Virus record (IMG/VR): IMGVR_UViG_3300046777_002520
Span: 96,001-160,000 of that record
Strand: one strand, 5' to 3'
DNA length: 64,000 nt
Source: a virus
Made by a program: the position numbers and the translations under genes. Under the pieces are notes generated by a model that was given only the letters and a program-made list of their open reading frames with translations, did no database searches and was not told the origin of the DNA. Positions 54,780-62,968 of this stretch are shown here, piece by piece; the first letter of the stretch is position 1, and every line of letters begins with the position of its first letter.

Positions 54780-55609
54780 TGCCTGGACCATACGATCTTC
54801 CTGGTATTCCCAAGCCTACACAGCCCACAGGAGGCCCCAAGCCTCCGTCTGCGTTTACAGCGCAGCCTCAGATCGCTTTGGAGCCAGAGTACCAGAACGC
54901 TTACGAGACTTGGAAGTCAAACCAAGGCCCAGAAGGCAATGACATGCTGCTAAAGTCATTGCAGCCAGTTATAGACAATGCTGTCAAAGCATACGCAGGC
55001 AACGCCAGCCCCATAGTCAGAAGCAAAGCCAAGAAGATAGTCATAGACTCTCTGCCCAACTATGACCCACAAGGCTCCAAGCTGAAGACCTACCTGTTCA
55101 ACCAGCTTCAAGGCCTCAAACGCTTCTCGATGCAGCAGGGGCAGATCATCAGCGTGCCAGAGCAGGTCCAGCTCGATTACTCGAACCTCAAAAAGAAAGA
55201 GAACGAGCTTAAGGAAGAACTGGGCAGAGATCCGTCCACGGAAGAGCTGGCTGACGCGACCAACCTGTCCACCAAGAGGATCAATTACGTCAGAGGCCTC
55301 AAGACGCCGATGAGCGAAGGCTTCACGTCGCGTCCAGCTCCCAACTCTGAAGGGACTGATTACGGCGACCCATCTGTCGTGGGCGCGTCTGGCAAGCAGG
55401 ACGCTGCTGCCTGGCACGACTTCGTTTACAGCAGCCTGGGCGCTACTGACAAGCTGATCATGGAGCACACTCTGGGCCTTTATGGTAAAGGCGTGCTGTC
55501 CAACGAGCAGATAGCCAGAAAGCTGGGAGTCAGCCCTGCTGCGATAAGCATCAGAAAAAACAAAATACAGCAAGAGCTAGATAAACGCTATCAGCTTAAC
55601 ATCCTCTAA
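54779..55609 (+). CDS. Sigma70-family (group 3 / FliA-like) sigma factor
   Basis: Region 2 NYDPQGSKLKTYLFNQL, region 3 ELKEELGRDPSTEELADAT, region 4 LSNEQIARKLGVSPAAISIRKNKI. Confidence 0.88.
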   Translation: MPGPYDLPGIPKPTQPTGGPKPPSAFTAQPQIALEPEYQNAYETWKSNQGPEGNDMLLKSLQPVIDNAVKAYAGNASPIVRSKAKKIVIDSLPNYDPQGSKLKTYLFNQLQGLKRFSMQQGQIISVPEQVQLDYSNLKKKENELKEELGRDPSTEELADATNLSTKRINYVRGLKTPMSEGFTSRPAPNSEGTDYGDPSVVGASGKQDAAAWHDFVYSSLGATDKLIMEHTLGLYGKGVLSNEQIARKLGVSPAAISIRKNKIQQELDKRYQLNIL

Positions 55610-55626
55610 CAGGATTGGAGACAGCC

Positions 55627-56058
55627 ATGGCTGAAGGCAAGTCAAAATCAATATACGACAGCACACTCGACGCTCAGGTGCAGAAACTGATCGCAGACAA
55701 TAAGGCGATCTCAGAAGCTGGGCTGTCCACAGGTACTGGCAGAGTCTGGATTCACGGCTCCAACGATTACGAGCTTACTGACATCAGTGGGCTGAAGAAT
55801 CCGTTCAAGCGAGAAGACCTGCAGGCCAACTACGCCATAGTCATGCTGGACCCTGATCCAGGCACGGCTGCCGACAAAGTGGCCATCAAGTTCCAGAGCG
55901 ACTACCTGGCTGCGATGGAACGGGCTTACAGGCTTAGGCACACAGGACTGGTGAGGACAGAGGTGTTCTCAGCCATGCGACGCAAACTGCAGGCTGACAC
56001 GAACCTTCTGGAGTTTACCAAGGCCAACTTTGAACGTATGCGCCTGAGGGGCGAGTAA
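55627..56058 (+). CDS. Hypothetical baseplate-region protein
   Basis: GGAG SD before ATG 55627. Confidence 0.7.
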   Translation: MAEGKSKSIYDSTLDAQVQKLIADNKAISEAGLSTGTGRVWIHGSNDYELTDISGLKNPFKREDLQANYAIVMLDPDPGTAADKVAIKFQSDYLAAMERAYRLRHTGLVRTEVFSAMRRKLQADTNLLEFTKANFERMRLRGE

Positions 56059-56534
56059 TGAGCACAGTAGCTGATTACCAAGACAGGAAGATCGACATAC
56101 TCGCCTTCCAGCTGAACGACAACCTAACACAGCTGTCCCAGACCCTAGCGAAGGACAACTCAGGGGGGAACATATGTACAGGTATCCAGAAGCTTGCCCA
56201 GCGCTGGGTTCTAGAGTTCCTTACGCCTGCTGGTTCCGTGCCCTACAAGCCTAGCCTTGGCACACCATTCACCGACCAGGTGCGACGAGGCTTGCTCAAG
56301 AACAACTTTGACATCGTCTCCTACTTCTCTGCGTCAGCACTCATCGTTGAGATCAACCTGAAGAAAGAGGATCAAAGCACAGATCCAGCTGACGAGAGGC
56401 TAGATAGAGCGACTTTGGACGGGTTTTCTTTTGATAACAGCGGTAAACTAATACTTAACGTCACTGTGCTGAGTGCGGCTGGTACATCAAGAAAAGTGAT
56501 AATGCCGATCAGCGTAACAACGGGGTTGATCTAA
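56058..56534 (+). CDS. Baseplate wedge gp25/gpW-like protein
   Basis: IQKLAQRWVLEFLTPAGS.PY.P.LGT pattern; precedes the J-like gene. Confidence 0.65.
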   Translation: MSTVADYQDRKIDILAFQLNDNLTQLSQTLAKDNSGGNICTGIQKLAQRWVLEFLTPAGSVPYKPSLGTPFTDQVRRGLLKNNFDIVSYFSASALIVEINLKKEDQSTDPADERLDRATLDGFSFDNSGKLILNVTVLSAAGTSRKVIMPISVTTGLI

Positions 56535-56535
56535 C

Positions 56536-58188
56536 ATGGCCATCACTCTTCCCGACTTCCTTACCCTTGACTCTGCCGCTGTCGAGCAGGCCCATCTGTA
56601 CATAGCGCAGAAGATAGGCGAATACGCTCCCAGCATCGAAACAAAGCGTGGCGTGCTGCATGACATACTTTTCCATCTGGAAGCCATACTGCAGACCGGA
56701 CAGGACGTGTATGCCGACAACCTGAGGAAGTCAGGATCGCTGCTGGCCATCTCTGAGGACCCCGCTCTGGCCACCGACCGCAACCTGGACGAGCTGGCCT
56801 CCAACTTCAGGGCTGCCAGGTTTCCAGGAACCAAGGCCGCAGGCACGGCAGTGATTGTCCTCTCCCAGGCAGTCACCACATCGATCAGCACGGGCTTCAC
56901 CTTCAACGCAGCTGGCAAGAACTTCACCCCGCGAGGCGACTTTGTCGGCAGAGTGGCCAGCAACCAGGTTGTCACCGAGTTCGACCGCATCATCAAGCCT
57001 GTTGGCGACGGCACCTACTACTTCACAATCGAACTGGAAGCGGACGATGTGGGCGCTGACGGCAATATCAAGAGAAACACGAAGCTGGCCCCCGCTGCTA
57101 CCATTCCGTATTTCGTGACGGCATACGCCGAGAGCAGCTTCACCTCCGGTTCAGACTACGACAGCAACGCCAGTTTCCTGAAGCGACTGCAGGAGGGCAT
57201 CGCTGGTAAAAACCCATCGAACCGTGTCACCCTGAGCGCCATGCTGAAAAACCAGGAGCTGTTCAAGGCGTTCCTGGATGTCTCGACCATTGGTTTTGGT
57301 GACGCTGAGCAGATCCGCTACCACAGTCTCTTCCCTGTAGCCGCTGGCAACAGGCTGGACGTGTACGTGCGCCCACAGGGTATTCCAGACAGCAAGAGGC
57401 TTGTCAAAGAAGCCGTGCTGGTCGGCAGGCAGGACGGTGGAGGCCTGTGGCAGGCCTCAATAACCAGGGATGACGCGCCTGGTTTCTACGACATCGAGAA
57501 AGTCATCAAGGCCAGCGTAGCCGACCCGGAGTCCCAGACTGGTCACCTCGTTGTCCAGGACAATCGTGGCTACGACCTTTCAGACGACGGAACAAACTTC
57601 CTTCCAGACATCACCACCTACGAGGAAGCAGCCTACTCGAAGTACCAGACAGCCGTCGTGCGCTTCGTGGACCTGAGCACCAGCCCTGACCTGCCAGAAG
57701 GCACCACGGAAGACTACGCCCTGTACGTGCGCGCCATGCCGCTCATCAAGTCGGCGCAGGGATTCCTGGGAGGCAGGGACGTGCGCCCCACGGCGGGAGA
57801 CGTGCTGGTCAAAGCCGCAATACCTTGTGATCTAAAATTATCTTTTGTTATATACAAGAAGGTCAGCGAGGCAGACATCTCCGTAGCAGCCATTCAGCAG
57901 GCTGTGGCCACAAGGGTCAACAGCCTAGGGTTCTCCAGCAGCCTGTCCGCGTCGTTTCTGCACTCGGTCATTCACAGCTTCCTGAGGGAAGGTCAGACAG
58001 TCAGCGCGATAGAGTTGTTTGGAGCCATCCGCAGACCTAATGGCACCAAGAAGTACATCAGGGCGTTTGACTCACTGGAGATACCTAGTGAGCCATCCAA
58101 GATGGTGTCTTCCAGGACTACAGCTTTCATTCTCGACCCGGAGAATGTGGCTATATCAGTTCAGAACGTAGACTACACAGTCATCTGA
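56536..58188 (+). CDS. Baseplate J-like wedge protein
   Basis: LDELASNF...R..GTKAAG, SGSDYDSNASFLKRLQEGI, LDVYV. Confidence 0.8.
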   Translation: MAITLPDFLTLDSAAVEQAHLYIAQKIGEYAPSIETKRGVLHDILFHLEAILQTGQDVYADNLRKSGSLLAISEDPALATDRNLDELASNFRAARFPGTKAAGTAVIVLSQAVTTSISTGFTFNAAGKNFTPRGDFVGRVASNQVVTEFDRIIKPVGDGTYYFTIELEADDVGADGNIKRNTKLAPAATIPYFVTAYAESSFTSGSDYDSNASFLKRLQEGIAGKNPSNRVTLSAMLKNQELFKAFLDVSTIGFGDAEQIRYHSLFPVAAGNRLDVYVRPQGIPDSKRLVKEAVLVGRQDGGGLWQASITRDDAPGFYDIEKVIKASVADPESQTGHLVVQDNRGYDLSDDGTNFLPDITTYEEAAYSKYQTAVVRFVDLSTSPDLPEGTTEDYALYVRAMPLIKSAQGFLGGRDVRPTAGDVLVKAAIPCDLKLSFVIYKKVSEADISVAAIQQAVATRVNSLGFSSSLSASFLHSVIHSFLREGQTVSAIELFGAIRRPNGTKKYIRAFDSLEIPSEPSKMVSSRTTAFILDPENVAISVQNVDYTVI

Positions 58189-58218
58189 CAAATAGCTGTC
58201 GAAACACAGTAAGCTCTA

Positions 58219-58256
58219 TGTTACAATGACTCTGCAACTGTCGTTGCAGAAGGAGG
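58219..58256 (+). promoter_or_regulatory. Extended -10, 5' hairpin and SD for the subtilase cassette
   Basis: TGtTACAAT (58219-58227); TCTGCAAC-tgtc-GTTGCAGA; AGGAGG. Confidence 0.5.
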
Positions 58257-58261
58257 TTCGC

Positions 58262-58576
58262 ATGTCTGCCGAATTTGAAGCCAAGATTAGCATTCCTACC
58301 GATTTGATTCAGGAGTTCGTCGAACTGCTGACGAACAAGGAGTCTTTCGATAAGTGGAAGGCTGTTCAATTGGCACTGAAAGTCGCTCAATGGTTGGTTG
58401 ACAGTTTTGGCGGTCTTTCCGCTACAGCTGAAGGCAAGCCTGAAGAGCTGACCGAAGAGCAGCTGGCTGAAGCCTTGAAGCCTTACGCGTCCGAAGGCGC
58501 TGTAACCGCTTCCGCGCTTCCTGTCTGGCTTCTCCCCATCATCATCAAGCTGGTCATCAAGTGGCTGGCTAAGTAA
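58262..58576 (+). CDS. Small protein with C-terminal hydrophobic helix
   Basis: AGGAGG SD; ends LPVWLLPIIIKLVIKWLAK. Confidence 0.75.
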   Translation: MSAEFEAKISIPTDLIQEFVELLTNKESFDKWKAVQLALKVAQWLVDSFGGLSATAEGKPEELTEEQLAEALKPYASEGAVTASALPVWLLPIIIKLVIKWLAK

Positions 58577-58587
58577 GAGGTCGCGAC

Positions 58588-59670
58588 ATGGCACGATCTG
58601 GCCCAGAGTTCCGTATTCCTCATTTCAATGTCCAGCAACTTGTGGTTGCCTGCTCTGAAACGGTGGACTGGAGCTTGACAGAATTCGACATTCCTAGCCT
58701 GTGGAAAAAGACCACGGGAAAAGGCGTGAAGGTAGCTGTGCTGGACACAGGTTGTGCCGTATTGCACCCAGACCTGAAGGATCAACTGCTCGATGCAGTT
58801 GACTTCACGAACAGCAAAGTGGGTCCCGCTGACACGAACGGTCACGGGACTCATTGCTGTGGCGTCATCGCCGCCCAGCGAAACAAGGTCGGCATAGTAG
58901 GCGTGGCTCCCGAGGCTAAACTGCTTGTCGGCAAGGTGCTCGGTGACGGCGGTGTGGGTTCCGTAGAAACCATCGTCAAAGGCATCGAGTGGGCTGTCAG
59001 CAAAAAGGCAGACATCATCTCGATGAGCTTCGGGGCCAATGTCTCCGACAAGCGCCTGCAGAAGGCCATCGAGCTGGCTCACAGCAAAGGCGTGCTGCTG
59101 ATCGCCGCAGCAGGCAACGAAGGGCCTGGTCCGCAGACTGTCGGCTACCCAGCCAGGTACCCGCAGGTGCTGTCGGTGGCCGCTATCGACCCGAACCGCA
59201 AAGTCGCCAAGTTCTCCAGCCGTGGCCCTGAGGTGGACATCGCCGCACCTGGCGTGGACATCCTCTCCTGCTACCCGCCCAAGAACTACGCCAAGCTGTC
59301 TGGCACCTCGATGGCTACCCCGTTTGTGGCTGGTGTGGTTGCCTTGCTTCTCTCCTACAACAGGGCGAAAGGCATCAGCAGCGTCAGGAACACCCCGGAT
59401 CTCATCGAGGCGGTCAAAGCCACGGCCTTTGACGCAGGCAGTCAGGGTTTCGACAACGAGTACGGCTGGGGCCTTATCAACCCCAAAGGCCTGATTCTCG
59501 GCGTGCAGACCACGGCGCACAAGCGCATCAAGCTGCCAGACGCCCAGTGCCACTTCGGTGTGCGCTTCACGTCTGCGGACCTGACTAAGTCTGGCAAAGA
59601 GAAGCTGAAGCAGGTCTTTGGCGACTGCGAGCATCTCAGCTTCAACTTCGAGTTCCGTGGCGGCAAATAA
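58588..59670 (+). CDS. Subtilisin-family (S8) serine protease
   Basis: Triad motifs VAVLDTG, NGHGTHCCG, SGTSMATP; oxyanion AAAGN. Confidence 0.95.
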   Translation: MARSGPEFRIPHFNVQQLVVACSETVDWSLTEFDIPSLWKKTTGKGVKVAVLDTGCAVLHPDLKDQLLDAVDFTNSKVGPADTNGHGTHCCGVIAAQRNKVGIVGVAPEAKLLVGKVLGDGGVGSVETIVKGIEWAVSKKADIISMSFGANVSDKRLQKAIELAHSKGVLLIAAAGNEGPGPQTVGYPARYPQVLSVAAIDPNRKVAKFSSRGPEVDIAAPGVDILSCYPPKNYAKLSGTSMATPFVAGVVALLLSYNRAKGISSVRNTPDLIEAVKATAFDAGSQGFDNEYGWGLINPKGLILGVQTTAHKRIKLPDAQCHFGVRFTSADLTKSGKEKLKQVFGDCEHLSFNFEFRGGK

Positions 59671-59684
59671 GGTGAAAGCTACAG

Positions 59685-61178
59685 ATGGTTCCATTTCCAG
59701 CGCAACTGGACGATAAGGAACAGATTCTCCGACTGCTCGGAGGGTTCTGGAGCTACACGTACGAAGGTCAGGACCTGCTGGCCGAGGCCCTGAAGGCCAG
59801 GTACAACCTCACCGAGCAGACGTTTGAACGGCTTCAGGAAGCATCGGACTGCCGAAGCCGTTTGAACATACCGCTGTTCAGGAAAGAGACCTGGCGCTAC
59901 TTCACGATCAGCAGCAAGGACATACAGAACTTCCCGAATCTGTATGGCGAGAACACGACCTACAACGACTCAAGCGTGTACGGTCGCAGATCCTCCTCGC
60001 TGCCTTTTGTCTGTCCTTTTCCAGAAGAGATACTGGATTGCCAGCTGATAAGCAACAGGCTGAGCAACTCGTCTGTCACGCTCGTGCGCGGGCTGGATTT
60101 CTCCATAGACAACGCCAAGAAAATAATACGACTCAGCAGCAATCCTTTTACCGACGACAGGATAGCTAAACAAAAAACAGACGACGGATATGAAGAAGTC
60201 GTACTGTGGCTGTACAAGCCACGTATCGATAAGCAGTACATCTACTATCACTTTGGTCACATCATAAACATGTGGGCAAAGAGCAGTAAAGAATACAAAG
60301 ACATAGTCAATAACGTATACGACTGTCTCTGTGACGGAACGTCAATAGGCAAGACTCTTGACGCCATATCTATTGCGACAGGTATACCGCTTGCCAAAGG
60401 CGACGAGACCGTCGAGTACATAGAAGACGACAAGCTGCACAAGCTGCTAATAACAGACAAGAACGTCTACAAGTTCAGCAGGAAAGCAAACACCATTGTG
60501 ACTGTCGGCAGCACCCTGTCCCAGGACCAGCCGCTGACGGACGGTTTCACCTACGAGGAATTCAACAGGGGCCAGGTGCCGTCCTCGGCCCAGGCACTCA
60601 GTCTGTCTCCCGAGGTTCTCAGCAAGAGACTGGTGAGCGAGATAGGCTTCGCCAACGGCTCGAAGGAGTTGGTCGTCGAGTCCGATATTAACGGTAAGAC
60701 AAAAGTCAGCTTTGAGATTGGTGGTCACCCGTTTGATGTCGAGGCTTTCTGGGACGAGATCCATGCCAGGGGCCTGGACTCAGGCAAAACTCTCGCCAAC
60801 TATCTGGACACGCGAGTCAACAAGGACGGCGAGCCAGAAGCTTCCAACCTGCCAGCGACCATAAACCCCTTGGGCTTTCTTGTCGAGAACCTGTTCAGGT
60901 ACGGCGGCATGTTTGTCCGCATAAACTCGGCAGACGTTATCGGCAATGCTGTGGGCGTAGACAAGCTGTCCTACGTCAGGCGTCTGCTGCCGCCACACTC
61001 ACACCTGTTTCTGCTGCTGTCTCTTCCGTCTATTGAAGAAGATGTCAATTTATACGAAGATGGTTATGTGCCAGAAACTGATACTTTTACAGCAGCAAAC
61101 ACGCTTGAAGATGAAATAGACCAGACAGATACACAAGAAACAATAGTGGGTAGGGTAGTTTCTGGCGGCTGCATGTGA
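59685..61178 (+). CDS. Baseplate wedge protein
   Basis: LLGGFWS start, IVNNVYDCL..G...DAISIATGIP, LPPH near the C-terminus (P2 gpI-like end). Confidence 0.6.
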   Translation: MVPFPAQLDDKEQILRLLGGFWSYTYEGQDLLAEALKARYNLTEQTFERLQEASDCRSRLNIPLFRKETWRYFTISSKDIQNFPNLYGENTTYNDSSVYGRRSSSLPFVCPFPEEILDCQLISNRLSNSSVTLVRGLDFSIDNAKKIIRLSSNPFTDDRIAKQKTDDGYEEVVLWLYKPRIDKQYIYYHFGHIINMWAKSSKEYKDIVNNVYDCLCDGTSIGKTLDAISIATGIPLAKGDETVEYIEDDKLHKLLITDKNVYKFSRKANTIVTVGSTLSQDQPLTDGFTYEEFNRGQVPSSAQALSLSPEVLSKRLVSEIGFANGSKELVVESDINGKTKVSFEIGGHPFDVEAFWDEIHARGLDSGKTLANYLDTRVNKDGEPEASNLPATINPLGFLVENLFRYGGMFVRINSADVIGNAVGVDKLSYVRRLLPPHSHLFLLLSLPSIEEDVNLYEDGYVPETDTFTAANTLEDEIDQTDTQETIVGRVVSGGCM

Positions 61179-61185
61179 GGAAGCT

Positions 61186-61758
61186 ATGGAAAACTTTCCA
61201 GAAGTAAGCGGAATTGTTTCTCTGTTCGATATCGATCAAAACAATCGATGGTCGAAGCTTTCCGAGTCAGCCAACCAGATCCAGTGGGGTTGGGGTGAGA
61301 TTGCCTGCCATCTCTTTGGCGACGGCAACAAAGACTACAAGGTCAACGCGATGTATATCGAGTTCGAGAACACGGCGCTGATCCCGTCCACGCCCAGCTA
61401 CGAGAGAAGCGAAGGCGTCGAGTATTACGAGAACCTGGTGCTTTCTGCCACCAAGGATTTTCTCAGGGTGCCTCTGATCGCAGCGCCTGCCAAGGGCCTG
61501 GCTTCAGGTTACAGCAACCTCAACTTCAACCAGCTGACCTTTCTTGCCCAGACTGCTGGCACGCAAGGCGTCCACGGCAAGACTTTCTCAGACAGCGTGA
61601 ACAGCAAGGTGTATGGCCTGGCTCTGGTGGCCGCTCCCGTGTGGAACGACAGGACGCAGGACTTGATCTTTGCCAGAAAATACTACGACACGGCTGACCA
61701 GGTCATGAAGCAGGCCTCCAGCCAGATCGGCGTCAGCTGGGTTGAGAAGTTCAAATGA
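61186..61758 (+). CDS. Baseplate / tail-fibre attachment protein
   Basis: YGLALV...DLIFARKYY...VMK...IGVSW pattern seen at fibre-proximal genes. Confidence 0.55.
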   Translation: MENFPEVSGIVSLFDIDQNNRWSKLSESANQIQWGWGEIACHLFGDGNKDYKVNAMYIEFENTALIPSTPSYERSEGVEYYENLVLSATKDFLRVPLIAAPAKGLASGYSNLNFNQLTFLAQTAGTQGVHGKTFSDSVNSKVYGLALVAAPVWNDRTQDLIFARKYYDTADQVMKQASSQIGVSWVEKFK

Positions 61759-62957
61759 GCAACATCAAGCTAGCCTTCTTCTCGACTCTCAGCCCAGAGG
61801 CCAAAGGCGCTCTGATCGGCTCGTTGGTTGTCGGCGGGGCCAGTGCCCTGGGCCGCTACACCGACGAGGCAGCTGACTACGAGCTGCCAGAGGGTGTTGA
61901 CTTCTATTCGCTCACCGACAAGCAGAAAGCCAGGCTCAAGAAAAAGGGCGGCAAGTTCTTTGACGTTCTAGGAGCTGGCCTGGGCGGTGCTGCCATGGGC
62001 GGCGGTCTGGGGTATCTGGCAGGACGGGTGTTCGGCGGCGCGACAGCAATGGCGGGCTCTGGCAGAGGCGGCAATCCAGAAAGCCTGCCGACACCGCCAA
62101 CATCGAAAGAAAAAGATCCAGACATAAGAGCCAACATGCCCCTGAGCAACAGGGAAGCCGCCAAGTTGGGAGTTCCTTCAGGTACCAGGGCTGGTGAAGT
62201 TGTTGCGATGGGCAGCAGCAACCTTCCAGACTTCAGGGGTCAGGAAGGGACTGTAACCAAGCCAGAAAAGATTACCACCATAAGATCGCATCTGGAACCA
62301 GTCTACGAAAACGCTCCAGGCGGTCTGGAAAAAGCCGTGGATGAAGCGCAGCGCTGGCAGAGCGAGGCAGAGCGTGCTGGCCTTGTCTCTTGGGACAGAG
62401 GCGCTATCGACAGACCGGTGCGCTGGACAGACGACCCCAACAAGTGGTCCAGAGCCGTCGGCAAGCAGTTCTCGTTCGGGCAGACCAGGGGATTCAACGT
62501 CCCGCTTGTCAACTGGAGCTACATTGACCCGAAGCTGAAAGGCAACGAAAAGGCCAAGGTGCTGCAGCATGAGCTGACGCACTCGGTCTTGCGCAAGCCT
62601 GGTATGGCAGGCATGGACCAGGCTGTTAAGTCCAAGGACAGCGTATCCCCAAATAATTACTCTCCTAGCTCCTTAAAAGGCCAGCTCTGGAAATACGTGA
62701 GCAGGCCTGAGGAGTGGAAAGCGCACTTCGCTGAGGTCAAGCGAGACTGGGTCAAGAACAACAAAGACCAGCTCGACACTCCAGCCAAGGCACTAGACGC
62801 CATGCGCGAGTATCTGAAAGATCCAGAGAACCGCAATTCAGCAGTCACGCCGTTGATCGAAGACATACTCAAAGACCCTGACGCCAAGGAAAAAGCTATC
62901 CTCCAGCTTTTGTCCATCGTGCGCGGCGGCGGCAAATCCAAGTCAACCAACGCTTGA
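61755..62957 (+). CDS. Glycine-zipper protein with C-terminal HExxH (zincin-like) domain
   Basis: KLAF...LSPEAKGALIG leader; LQHELTHS and downstream YVSRPEE. Confidence 0.75.
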   Translation: MSNIKLAFFSTLSPEAKGALIGSLVVGGASALGRYTDEAADYELPEGVDFYSLTDKQKARLKKKGGKFFDVLGAGLGGAAMGGGLGYLAGRVFGGATAMAGSGRGGNPESLPTPPTSKEKDPDIRANMPLSNREAAKLGVPSGTRAGEVVAMGSSNLPDFRGQEGTVTKPEKITTIRSHLEPVYENAPGGLEKAVDEAQRWQSEAERAGLVSWDRGAIDRPVRWTDDPNKWSRAVGKQFSFGQTRGFNVPLVNWSYIDPKLKGNEKAKVLQHELTHSVLRKPGMAGMDQAVKSKDSVSPNNYSPSSLKGQLWKYVSRPEEWKAHFAEVKRDWVKNNKDQLDTPAKALDAMREYLKDPENRNSAVTPLIEDILKDPDAKEKAILQLLSIVRGGGKSKSTNA

Positions 62958-62968
62958 GGTAATTGAAA

